64,000 nucleotides of DNA from Thermoplasmata archaeon (GTDB lineage: Archaea > Thermoplasmatota > Thermoplasmata > GCA-020350865), in the NCBI GenBank assembly GCA_020348445.1, contig CP070751.1, positions 3,875,765 through 3,939,764 of the forward strand, given 5' to 3'. This document shows positions 18,360-26,460 of the stretch, piece after piece; position 1 is the stretch's first letter, and each line of letters starts with the position of its first letter. The position numbers and the translations under genes were made by a program. The notes under the pieces were generated by a model, which saw only the letters and a list, made by a program, of their open reading frames with translations, was not told where the DNA came from and made no database searches.

Positions 18360-19136
18360 ATGATCGTGATAAGCGAACGCATCAACGGATTGTTCAAGTC
18401 CGTTGGCAAAGCCATTGATGGTAGAGATGCAAACGCCATACAACAACTGGCATTGGACCAGGTAAAGAAAGGAGCCGATATATTAGATTTGAATACCGGA
18501 CCAGGCATGGATAATGAGCCTGAGGTTATGGAATGGCTCGTGAAAACTATTCAGGATGTAACGGATGTCCAGCTTTCCATTGATACCCCAAAACCCGAAG
18601 CCATGGAGGCTGGACTTAAGGCCGTGAACAAGAAAGCCATGCTGAATTCTACTACAGCGGAGCAGAAAAGGATGGAGGCCCTTTTTCCGCTTGCCAAGGA
18701 GTATGATGCCGAGATAGTATGCCTGACATTGGATGAGAAGGGCATTCCCAACGATGCAATGAGGAGAAACGAGCTTGCCATGCTCATGATTACCCAGGCC
18801 ATGGAATACGACATTTCAGTTGAGAATATCTACCTCGATCCGTTGATTCTTCCTGTGGGTGCGGCACAGAATCAGGGTCCTGCTGTAATCGAGGCAATAA
18901 ACATGTTCAAGATGCTATCTGATCCCACACCCAAAACAGTTGTAGGATTGAGCAATATTTCCAATGGAGCAAAGCAAAGATCTCTTTTAAATAGGACTTA
19001 TTTGGCCATGTTAATGGGTGCCGGTCTTACCGCTGCAATCATGGATCCAAATGACCTGGATTTGATGCATATAGCAAAAACTGGAGATATATTACTAAAC
19101 AAGAAACTTTATGCCCATGATTATCTCCAGGTTTAG
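18360..19136 (+). CDS. acsE: Methyltetrahydrofolate:corrinoid methyltransferase (AcsE/MeTr-like pterin-binding barrel)
   Basis: ERING, LDLNTGP, MEWLV, IDT, NST, DPLILP, KTVVGLSNIS and RSLLNRTYLAM align motif by motif with Moorella MeTr as recalled. Confidence 0.8.
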   Translation: MIVISERINGLFKSVGKAIDGRDANAIQQLALDQVKKGADILDLNTGPGMDNEPEVMEWLVKTIQDVTDVQLSIDTPKPEAMEAGLKAVNKKAMLNSTTAEQKRMEALFPLAKEYDAEIVCLTLDEKGIPNDAMRRNELAMLMITQAMEYDISVENIYLDPLILPVGAAQNQGPAVIEAINMFKMLSDPTPKTVVGLSNISNGAKQRSLLNRTYLAMLMGAGLTAAIMDPNDLDLMHIAKTGDILLNKKLYAHDYLQV

Positions 19137-19206
19137 TGGGAAGGCCAAATCTCCCTTTCTTTGTTTTTCTTTTTATATTTTTTTCAGAGCAGTTGAACCT
19201 TTACAA

Positions 19207-19644
19207 TTATTTCTCTCCTAGAATGTTTGCGGCAAATTCGTCTAGTTTTTCCTCGAAACCATCTTCAAGAGGGCCTTTCATGCCTGTTACTTTGATTTTA
19301 AGGCCATCAGATGCCTTTGTCAATCCCTTGGGTTCGAGGAGCGCCTCCATTTTTTCGATTGTTTTGGTATTGGGGTCCATATGGGTTGTAATTAGAGCGT
19401 ACTTTGCTTCCTTTTTACCTATCTCCATCTTTTTCAGGAATTTCTTCATTTTTCCAGGAGGGCCTCCAACATGGGTTGGAGAACTAAAGACATAGATATC
19501 TGCTTGCGGCAGCGAATTTGGCTTAACATCTCGAATAGAAAATACCTCTGTCTCATGTCCTATCTTTGTAATTGCTCCACTTAAATAATGTGCACATTTT
19601 TCTCCATTTCCGAATTTGGATTCATAAGCAATACATACCTTCAT
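19207..19644 (-). CDS. Flavodoxin-family protein
   Basis: IAYESKFGNG flavin phosphate loop and FSSPTH.G motif. Confidence 0.8.
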   Translation of the reverse strand: MKVCIAYESKFGNGEKCAHYLSGAITKIGHETEVFSIRDVKPNSLPQADIYVFSSPTHVGGPPGKMKKFLKKMEIGKKEAKYALITTHMDPNTKTIEKMEALLEPKGLTKASDGLKIKVTGMKGPLEDGFEEKLDEFAANILGEK

Positions 19645-19712
19645 ACCAACACCCAGACACTGTATATGATATAACTAAATAAATTTTTCATAAACAGGGA
19701 TTTTCCCAACAG

Positions 19713-20630
19713 TCATTTTATTTGGATATCCCCTTTATTATGTTTCTTTTTCCAGGCCCCATAGGCCTCATAAGCCGAAAAGAAGAACAATGAATTAGCG
19801 ATAAAAAGTTCTCTAATCTCGAATGCTCTGTTACCATTTAAGCGATATGCGGTGTCCAAATTGATATTTATTGCAATAACGAGCAAACCCATTATCATAA
19901 CCAAAGAGAACTGAAAAAAGGGATACTCGAAGTTACTGAAGAAAAGCCGAAATTTCCCTGAGAGTATGATTATTGTTGGGAGAGATACCGCTATTATCAT
20001 TAAGGAAATATACCAATGAAAACCAGGGTTGGAGTAGAAGACAAGTGCCATATAAAAGCATGCAATAAGATCAGGATTCACAATAGGGAGCTTGAGCCTA
20101 TCAAAAAACAAATCAGCCTTTTTCCATCCCAGTTTAAGAATTGGTAATATGATTCCTACAGAGATAACAAAAAGAGCCATGAGAATATGAATCCACATCA
20201 TTGAGTTCTCGATTCCGATGTTATGAACATTGGCCTCATCCTGCACATTTACATCTCGGAGGGTTTCTGGTGTTGAGTAACCAAAGAATCTCTGCCCCCA
20301 GCTGATCTCCTCAAAGAAAAAGAATAGAAATAGACCCAGAAATAGAATGTAAAAGAGGAACTGTCGCTTCTGACTTCCTTTGACTTTCGAAGTCATAAAG
20401 ATTGCGAAACCCCACACAGCAGCCCCTATTAGATAAAATACCGCCTGCATATTCTCTATTGCCCCGTCCTCTTTTACTAGGTCCTTTACTGCGTCTAAAT
20501 CCAAAAAGGCATATATGATCATAAAAAGACCGAATAAGAAAAATATGATGATGATAATACTTGCAGGAAATTTTCCTATGAATCTTTTTGTTTCGTTCAT
20601 CTTCAATCGTCTTTGAGAATGAAGATTCAT
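19713..20630 (-). CDS. Hypothetical polytopic membrane protein
   Basis: About eight TM helices; EDG.IE and EEISWGQR...N.Q.E.N.HN motifs of an uncharacterised family. Confidence 0.75.
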   Translation of the reverse strand: MNLHSQRRLKMNETKRFIGKFPASIIIIIFFLFGLFMIIYAFLDLDAVKDLVKEDGAIENMQAVFYLIGAAVWGFAIFMTSKVKGSQKRQFLFYILFLGLFLFFFFEEISWGQRFFGYSTPETLRDVNVQDEANVHNIGIENSMMWIHILMALFVISVGIILPILKLGWKKADLFFDRLKLPIVNPDLIACFYMALVFYSNPGFHWYISLMIIAVSLPTIIILSGKFRLFFSNFEYPFFQFSLVMIMGLLVIAININLDTAYRLNGNRAFEIRELFIANSLFFFSAYEAYGAWKKKHNKGDIQIK

Positions 20631-20661
20631 ATAAATCTAATTTGCTATCCATAATAAACAA

Positions 20662-20849
20662 TAGCTCCGGGCCGAAGAAATACGATATAATTGATATGTC
20701 ATTATATTTCTAGGCAAGGGGCTACTCTGGATGACGACTAGAAAAAGATAAAGAGTAGCTCCGGGCCGAAGAAATAAGACCTAATTGATGTTCTATTATA
20801 TTTCTAGGCAAGGGGCTACTCTGGGGGAAGACTAGAAAAAGATAAAGAG
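20662..20849. repeat. Two tandem 94-bp units downstream of tRNA-Gln(CTG); each a hairpin module capped by tRNA 3'-end copies
   Basis: TAGCTCCGGG at 20662 and 20756 (and TAGCCCCGGG at 20850); inverted copies GGGGCTACTCT at 20718-28 and 20812-22; inner stem GCC..AGAAATA/TATTTCT.GGC. Confidence 0.9.
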
Positions 20850-20951
20850 TAGCCCCGGGTGGATTCGAACCACCGCCTAAACCTTTTGGCATCTCCCTCC
20901 GCTGGGCAACCCCTCACAAAAGGTTTTAGGGTCATCCCAAAACTCGGGGTC
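20850..20951 (-). other. tRNA-like element: intact T arm and acceptor 3' strand, anticodon/D region replaced by a long hairpin
   Basis: 20842-20875 matches 20973-21006 at 33/34 nt; 13-bp hairpin 20876-88/20917-30; CGGGGTC at 20945-51 can close the acceptor stem. Confidence 0.7.
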
Positions 20952-20980
20952 GTCCTGCTCACTCGATGATAAATAAAGAG

Positions 20981-21054
20981 TAGCTCCGGGTGGATTCGAA
21001 CCACCGTCACGGGATCCAGAATCCCGCATGATTGACCACCTACAATACGGAGCT
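20981..21054 (-). tRNA. tRNA-Gln(CTG), archaeal type (A1-U72, A73), no encoded CCA
   Basis: AGCTCCG/CGGAGCT acceptor; CGGGA-TTCTGGA-TCCCG anticodon arm; GGTGG-TTCGAAT-CCACC T arm; weak D stem (U10/U25 and U13/U22 unpaired). Confidence 0.92.
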
Positions 21055-21080
21055 ATGTTTGTAACTTCTATGGACGAAAT

Positions 21081-21148
21081 AGGTCCGTATTAAAGTGGAA
21101 AAACGATATTATTTATTTTTGCACATTTTTCCACGGGAATACGAAGCT
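21081..21148. repeat. Upstream hairpin module of tRNA-Gln(CTG) built from tRNA 5'-end copies
   Basis: Inverted copy AGGTCCGTATT (21081-91); inner stem GTGGAAAAA/TTTTTCCAC; direct copy AATACGAAGCT ending 21148, 94 bp from the tRNA 5' end. Confidence 0.8.
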
Positions 21149-21233
21149 TTTACTATTAATTTTGATATATTTCAATTAAGGTTTGTAAAAGCAAAACATG
21201 AACATAAAGTTTTATCGTATAAAAAGGGCGAAT

Positions 21234-22934
21234 TTAAGTTGTTTTTTGTTGCTGCTGTTTTTGAATCTTGGCCCATGTGTCCCTCAATCCGACGGTTCTG
21301 TTGAAAATCAGCTTCTCTGAGTTGGAATCTGGGTCCACACAGAAATAACCAAGTCGCTCGAATTGGATTCGATCCAACGGTTTAAGGTTCTTTACTGCAG
21401 GTTCTATCTTACATGATGTTAGAACTTCGAGGGAATTAGGATTAATGAAATCCTTAAAGTCCGCATCCTTATGTCCCGCGGGGTCCTTCTCTGTAAAAAG
21501 CTTGTCGTACAACCTAACCTCGGCATCCATTGCGTGGCGAGCTGAAACCCAATGCAATGTGGATTTTACTTTACGACCATCAGGTGCATTGCCCCCTCGC
21601 GTATCGGGATCCACGGTACATCTGAGCTCAACGACCTTCCCATTCTGTTTAATAGCCTCCTTGCACTTAACAAAGTACGCATATCTGAACCGCACCTCAC
21701 GACCTGGTGCTAAGCGGTAGAACTTCTTGGGAGGTTCCTCCATAAAATCCTCTTCCTCGATGCAAAGCTCCCTGGAAAAGGGTACCTTTCGAGTCCCTGC
21801 TGATGGGTCCTCTGGATTGTTTACAGCCTCCATCTCCTCCACCTTATCATCGGGGTAATTTTCAATAACCACCTTGAGCGGTTGAAGTACACCCATGAAC
21901 CTTGGGGCTGTTTTATTCAAATCTTCCCTTATACAATATTCAAGAAATTCGAAGTCAACCATACTGTTTACCTTGGCCACGCCGATTCGCTTGCAGAAAT
22001 TTCTAATTGCAGCTGGAGAATAACCTCGTCTTCTCATTCCGCTTATCGTGGGTAACCTGGGATCATCCCACCCATTGACGTGACCCTCATCCACCAATTG
22101 TTTGAGCATACGCTTGCTCATTACAGTATAGGTAATATTCAACCTGGCGAATTCAATTTGTTGTGGATGATAGACCTCTATTTGATCCAAGAACCAATCG
22201 TATAAAGGTCTGTGATTCTCGAACTCTAAAGTGCAGATGGAATGCGTGATGTTCTCGATTGAATCTTCAAGCCCGTGTGCCCAGTCGTACATGGGATAGA
22301 TGCACCATTTTTCACCTGTGTTGTGATGACTCGCATGTAGGATTCGATATACAATTGGGTCCCGCATATTCATATTTGGGTGCGACATGTCTATCTTGGC
22401 CCTAAGAACCTTTTCACCATCTCCAAACTCACCAGCCCTCATTCTTGTGAACACATCAAGGTTTTCTTCTATTGACCTATCACGATAGGGACTTTTCTGT
22501 CCGGGACTTGTAAGGGTTCCTCTTGTTCTGCTGATTTCATCTGCAGTTGAATCATCTACGTATGCCTTACCTCTTTTAACCAACTCAACAGCATAATCAT
22601 ACATTTGATCAAAGTAATCCGAAGCAAAAAAGAGCCTATCCTCCCAGTCAAATCCAAGCCATCTTACATCCTCGATTATAGATCTAACATATTCCTCTTC
22701 CTCTTTTGCTGGATTGGTATCATCGAATCTGAGATTGCACTTGCCCTTGTAATCCTCTGCTATGCCAAAGTTCAGGCAGATAGACTTTGCATGCCCAATG
22801 TGCAGATAGCCGTTGGGTTCGGGTGGGAACCTTGTATGAACTCGACCACCGTATTTATTCGTCCTTAGGTCTTCATTGATTATATCGCGAATGAAATCGT
22901 GAGCCTCTGCCTCTTCACTGGGCATATCTTTCAC
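21234..22934 (-). CDS. glnS: Glutamine--tRNA ligase, bacterial type (no YqeY domain)
   Basis: [79 protein letters not shown] and [11 protein letters not shown]; colinear with E. coli GlnRS over the full length. Confidence 0.96.
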   Translation of the reverse strand: MKDMPSEEAEAHDFIRDIINEDLRTNKYGGRVHTRFPPEPNGYLHIGHAKSICLNFGIAEDYKGKCNLRFDDTNPAKEEEEYVRSIIEDVRWLGFDWEDRLFFASDYFDQMYDYAVELVKRGKAYVDDSTADEISRTRGTLTSPGQKSPYRDRSIEENLDVFTRMRAGEFGDGEKVLRAKIDMSHPNMNMRDPIVYRILHASHHNTGEKWCIYPMYDWAHGLEDSIENITHSICTLEFENHRPLYDWFLDQIEVYHPQQIEFARLNITYTVMSKRMLKQLVDEGHVNGWDDPRLPTISGMRRRGYSPAAIRNFCKRIGVAKVNSMVDFEFLEYCIREDLNKTAPRFMGVLQPLKVVIENYPDDKVEEMEAVNNPEDPSAGTRKVPFSRELCIEEEDFMEEPPKKFYRLAPGREVRFRYAYFVKCKEAIKQNGKVVELRCTVDPDTRGGNAPDGRKVKSTLHWVSARHAMDAEVRLYDKLFTEKDPAGHKDADFKDFINPNSLEVLTSCKIEPAVKNLKPLDRIQFERLGYFCVDPDSNSEKLIFNRTVGLRDTWAKIQKQQQQKTT

Positions 22935-23075
22935 CTTAATGAGTTTGGGTTAGTAACATTTACTATTATAATTATTTTGTTAAAAGTTTTGATCTATGAA
23001 ATAAATATATTCACTCTCCCCTTACACACAAATATATATATAAAAAACAAATTCTGTTTTTATGGAGGTTAATAA

Positions 23076-23435
23076 ATGGCAAGAGTAGTACATTTCGATA
23101 TTAGTGCAGAAAATCCACAAGAATTGAGAAAATTTTATGAAACTGTTTTTGGATGGAGGTTTGAGAAATGGGAAGGCCCCATGGAGTACTGGATGATCAT
23201 GACAGGGGAGGGACCTGGAATCGATGGAGGAATGTCAAAGAGGGGAGAGCAGAACATGGACATAAATACCATCGACGTCCCAAATCTGGATGAGTTTATT
23301 CAAAAGGTTCAGGAAAAAAGAGCCACCATTGTTGCGCCTAAGATAGCTATTCCGGGAATTGGCTGGTATGCGGTTTTCAAGGATTCCGAGGGTAACATAT
23401 TCGGCATGATGCAGGACGACAAAGAAGCGAAATGA
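23076..23435 (+). CDS. VOC/glyoxalase-family protein
   Basis: RVVHFDI...FY..VFGW.F, GIDGG, IPGIGW.A.F.D.EGN..G motifs. Confidence 0.9.
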   Translation: MARVVHFDISAENPQELRKFYETVFGWRFEKWEGPMEYWMIMTGEGPGIDGGMSKRGEQNMDINTIDVPNLDEFIQKVQEKRATIVAPKIAIPGIGWYAVFKDSEGNIFGMMQDDKEAK

Positions 23436-23469
23436 GTAAAAAGCCCCGGCCCCGAGAAACAGATTCTAT

Positions 23470-23535
23470 CAGCCCCGGCCTCTTCGTGCTTAAGAACCCA
23501 ACATATCCAAGCATAACACGAAGAGAAAGGGGCTG
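23470..23535. repeat. Downstream hairpin module of tRNA-Gln(TTG)
   Basis: CAGCCCC/GGGGCTG outer stem; CTCTTCGTG/CACGAAGAG inner stem; core CTTAAGAACCCAACATATCCAAGCATAAC; 97 bp from the tRNA 3' end. Confidence 0.88.
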
Positions 23536-23566
23536 TTTCGTTTCTCTACAATTTAAATTAGAGAAA

Positions 23567-23637
23567 CAGCCCCGGCCAGAATCGAACTGGCGCCAAGAGA
23601 TCCAAAGTCTCTGATGCTACCTCTACACCACGGGGCT
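23567..23637 (-). tRNA. tRNA-Gln(TTG), 71 nt, G73 discriminator
   Basis: AGCCCCG TG GTGT AGAGGTA GCAT C AGAGA CTTTGGA TCTCT TGGC GCCAG TTCGATT CTGGC CGGGGCT G folds as a full cloverleaf. Confidence 0.92.
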
Positions 23638-23666
23638 ATTTGGTTGGAACATTAATTCAGTCAAAT

Positions 23667-23845
23667 AGCCCCTTCGTAGTAAGAAAAGCTTTGGGTTCTT
23701 GCTAGGTTTTCTTTTCTTCCTACCACGGGGCTATTTTACCACCACGGGGCTTCTTAGTTTTATTTATACTTTGATACGAATCCCCTTAGCATTAAGAAAA
23801 GCGTTCAAATTCTAATGGGAATTCTTTTCTTAATACCACGGGACT
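23667..23845. repeat. Two upstream hairpin modules of tRNA-Gln(TTG) plus a short extra 5'-end copy
   Basis: CCACGGGGCT copies end at 23732 and 23751, CCACGGGACT at 23845 (95 and 94 bp steps); inner stems AGTAAGAAAAG/CTTTTCTTCCT and ATTAAGAAAAG/CTTTTCTTAAT. Confidence 0.85.
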
Positions 23846-23875
23846 ACTTTACTTTTATTTATTCAATTCTACTTT

Positions 23876-23941
23876 CAGCCCCGGCCTCCTCGTGCTTAAG
23901 ATCCAAGCGTTTTTAAGCATAACGCGAGGGGGAAGGGGCTG
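23876..23941. repeat. Downstream hairpin module of the second tRNA-Gln(CTG)
   Basis: CAGCCCC/GGGGCTG; CTCCTCGTG/CGCGAGGGG inner stem; core CTTAAGATCCAAGCGTTTTTAAGCATAAC; 97 bp from the tRNA 3' end. Confidence 0.88.
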
Positions 23942-23972
23942 TTTCGTTTCTCTACAATTTAAATTAGAGAAA

Positions 23973-24043
23973 CAGCCCCGGCCAGATTCGAACTGGCGCC
24001 AAGAGATCCAGAGTCTCTGATGCTACCTCTACACCACGGGGCT
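23973..24043 (-). tRNA. tRNA-Gln(CTG), 71 nt, G73 discriminator; paralog of 23567-23637
   Basis: Identical to the TTG gene except at anticodon position 34 and one T-loop base; offset 406 bp. Confidence 0.93.
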
Positions 24044-24072
24044 ATTTGGTTGGAACATTAATTCATTCAAAT

Positions 24073-24165
24073 AGCCCCTTTGCAGTAAAAAAAGCGTTGG
24101 GATAGTGTTGTGTTTTCTTTTTTTACTACCACGGGGCTACTGCACTCTTAAACAACCTCGGGGCT
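24073..24165. repeat. Upstream hairpin module of the second tRNA-Gln(CTG) plus outer 5'-end copy
   Basis: AGCCCC at 24073; AGTAAAAAAAG/CTTTTTTTACT stem; CCACGGGGCT ends 24138 (95 bp step); CCTCGGGGCT ends 24165. Confidence 0.85.
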
Positions 24166-24193
24166 TATTTGATGCAAGAGAATGCATAAACAA

Positions 24194-24202
24194 TTATAAA
24201 AA
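24194..24202 (-). promoter_or_regulatory. Candidate TATA box for the tRNA-Gln cassette
   Basis: TTTTTATAA on the minus strand about 30 bp upstream of the outermost 5'-end copy. Confidence 0.4.
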
Positions 24203-24229
24203 TCATTGGTTGTGAAAAATATGTTTTAG

Positions 24230-25843
24230 CTATTTGGCTACTTCCCCGATTCTTCCCACAACAAATCCCTTGTCCAAGGTGGATAAAAAATAACCTAGCC
24301 TAGGCCCATGCTTCTGATCGAGTATTGCCTGATATACCAGTTGAAAGGCCGTTTTAGACTTGATATTCTGGATCTGAGCCAATTCATAAATCGCATTATG
24401 GATGGCATCAGGTGCCCATTCCTCTTGGGTGAGCTTGATTGATAGGTCTTCAAGGTATTTCTTATGGTCGGATTCCAAGGTTATCTTAGGAGTTTCCTTT
24501 GCGATTGAGAACTTAACCTTTTCAGGTGCAAAATTGTCAAGCCAGAACTTCACACATCCTATTCTCTGCTTTAGGTGATTCTCATCCTCTTTGCTGAGAC
24601 TTTCAAAATGCTCTGCCCTCTTCAAGATATCTAGGATTCCTTCAAAGTCCTCATTGATCTGAACAACACTTACAAGATGTCTATAAGGTATTTGCAAAGG
24701 AAGTTTAGAGGGAAGGGAAAAAGGCTGAGAGAGTTCATAGGTTCTCGCCAATTCCTCCTCAATCTTCTCGATTCGTTTGGACTTGTCATCTGCGCTACCT
24801 TCGAAATATCTTTTCTCTGTTGAGTCGTATTCGTCCACGAGGTTTAGAATTCCAAGGCCTGGATCAAAATCAAGATGCTTAATTGGATTGTTTCTAAGAA
24901 CAAAGTACCTGAAAACCTCGGGAGGGGTCATCTTAAGCATTTTGGCTGCGCTGATCACAACACCAGTCGAGGATGACATGGCACCCTTACCCTTTAACTG
25001 AATCCATTCGTAGACAACATATTGTGGAGCCTTCCTATCAAAGACCTCCTCTGAAATCCTCTTTGCTGTGTCGTACGATCCTCCAGCTGCTGCATGATCT
25101 TTACCAAAAGGTTCGAATGTAACCCCTAAAAACCACCACCTTGCAGGCCAATCAACCCTCCACGGTAGCTTGCCATCGTCTTTTCGCAAATCCGCTTTAC
25201 CTTCATGACCACAAGAGCAAGTATAATTGACATATGGAAATTCATAGCCAATGACCTTGGTTGTGGTAAGCCGCCCACATTCACTGCACTTCGGATTGTA
25301 AGGAAACCAGTCATCGGGAAGATCACGTTTTGAAATATCCTGGAGTATCTCCTTTATCCTATCTTTATTGTCCAGCACCTTTCTAGATGCCTCTGTGTAC
25401 ATTCCCTGAGCGTACATTTCATGGGAGAGAAGGACATTGGCCTCTATCCCAAGAGTTTTTGCAGCATCGAGAAATGGAGTAAGAAAATGCTCGGCATAGG
25501 ACTTGTGGCTACTGCATGGACAGGGAATTTCGGAGAGAGGTTTACCCACGTGCTCCTTATAGCTTTCATCTAAAAAAGGATAAACCTTACGAAGGGGGTC
25601 GATGGTATCGCCAATGTATATCAATTGGGCTTCAACATTCTTCTGTTTAAGACCCCGAGTTATTACCTCACCTGTAAGAATCTCCCGCATATTGCCAACA
25701 TGGATGTCTCCAGAAGGGGTAATCCCTGTAGCTATCACATGCCTTTCAGAAAAACTTTGGAGCCTCTTACTCTCAACGTCAACCCAGTGCATTCTCTCAC
25801 GCAATCGTACGGGCTCTAATAAGCGATCTAGTGGGCACACCAT
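24230..25843 (-). CDS. lysS: Class I lysine--tRNA ligase (likely start MHWVD near 25792)
   Basis: TGITPSGDIHVGN, KLPWRVDWPARW, EPFGKDHAAAGGSYD, MSSSTG and GPRLG motifs. Confidence 0.95.
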   Translation of the reverse strand: MVCPLDRLLEPVRLRERMHWVDVESKRLQSFSERHVIATGITPSGDIHVGNMREILTGEVITRGLKQKNVEAQLIYIGDTIDPLRKVYPFLDESYKEHVGKPLSEIPCPCSSHKSYAEHFLTPFLDAAKTLGIEANVLLSHEMYAQGMYTEASRKVLDNKDRIKEILQDISKRDLPDDWFPYNPKCSECGRLTTTKVIGYEFPYVNYTCSCGHEGKADLRKDDGKLPWRVDWPARWWFLGVTFEPFGKDHAAAGGSYDTAKRISEEVFDRKAPQYVVYEWIQLKGKGAMSSSTGVVISAAKMLKMTPPEVFRYFVLRNNPIKHLDFDPGLGILNLVDEYDSTEKRYFEGSADDKSKRIEKIEEELARTYELSQPFSLPSKLPLQIPYRHLVSVVQINEDFEGILDILKRAEHFESLSKEDENHLKQRIGCVKFWLDNFAPEKVKFSIAKETPKITLESDHKKYLEDLSIKLTQEEWAPDAIHNAIYELAQIQNIKSKTAFQLVYQAILDQKHGPRLGYFLSTLDKGFVVGRIGEVAK

Positions 25844-26408
25844 CCATTTCGTACATAGGTGTCTTGTTCACAATAACCACGGACAACAAAGGATTGGCTC
25901 CCTGCTCCTTCAAATCGGCAATGGCACACTTCATAACATGTCCGGTGCTTATCACGTCATCCACAATTACTACATCCTTGCCCTCCAAGGTAGCATAATT
26001 CGAACTAAAGGTACCCTTGCCTTCATCGGTAACTGGTGGCCTGTAAATACCAAGCTCCAGTCCCAGATCCTCGGCAACCATTGTAGCAAAAGGTATTCCA
26101 TTAATTGCTATACCCACCACGCAATCCACCTTTTCTATCTCCTGCTTTTCCATCTCCTCGAGGATGACATCGGAAAACAAACCCGCTATTAAACCGATGC
26201 GACCTCCGTATACACCGATTGATCTCCAACCAACCTTCACATCTATGGGAGGCTTCTCAACCTTCACATTCCTTGTCAAAAGCCAAGATACAGTATCAAC
26301 AGAAAGGTGCAGTTCATGAGATATTTCACTCTCACTGAGACCGTTTCTCTTGAACTCTAGAGCCTTTTCTACGAGAGCATCGATACTTTTCATAATCAAC
26401 CCTCCCAA
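25797..26408 (-). CDS. gfcR: PyrE-like protein with N-terminal HTH (GfcR-type regulator)
   Basis: KA.E....GL...EI..EL.LS.DTV.WLL HTH; VGIAINGIPFA; VVIVDDVISTG PRPP loop. Confidence 0.8.
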   Translation of the reverse strand: MGGLIMKSIDALVEKALEFKRNGLSESEISHELHLSVDTVSWLLTRNVKVEKPPIDVKVGWRSIGVYGGRIGLIAGLFSDVILEEMEKQEIEKVDCVVGIAINGIPFATMVAEDLGLELGIYRPPVTDEGKGTFSSNYATLEGKDVVIVDDVISTGHVMKCAIADLKEQGANPLLSVVIVNKTPMYEMDGVPTRSLIRARTIA

Positions 26409-26460
26409 CCTAATCGGCTAATGTCTATATTAGATTTTGCTTATAATTATTTCGAGGATA

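Noticed and set aside
20876-20930. Intron-containing or split tRNA with a bulge-helix-bulge motif
   Set aside because: No convincing 3-4-3 BHB or anticodon loop could be built, and the D arm is not recoverable.
20662-20980. CRISPR array interpretation of the 94-bp tandem units
   Set aside because: Only two or three units, no invariant repeat with unique spacers, repeats derive from the tRNA end, and no cas genes in the window.
20842-21006. attL/attR of an integrated prophage or island at tRNA-Gln
   Set aside because: Copies are only ~100 bp apart with no cargo or integrase, the trailer is duplicated too, and inverted and 5'-side copies are not explained. An ancient scar cannot be fully excluded.
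21237-21266. QKQQQQ tail of GlnRS as a Gln-sensing autoregulatory element
   Set aside because: It lies at the extreme C-terminus with no downstream coupled gene or attenuator; likely a low-complexity tail.
23489-23517. dif site or integron attC site
   Set aside because: Only one AARYATAA half-site with no TTAT partner 6-8 bp away; RYYYAAC lies inside the hairpin rather than at its end; no cassette ORFs or integron integrase.
23432-23614. 60-aa ORF, and likewise 20816-21010 (-) and 21095-21304 (+)
   Set aside because: They overlap tRNA genes, modules or glnS and are chance frames.
23470-24165. Assembly collapse or misjoin as the cause of the tRNA-Gln duplication
   Set aside because: Copies differ at the anticodon, T loop and extensively in module loops with compensatory changes; read-level confirmation is still advisable.
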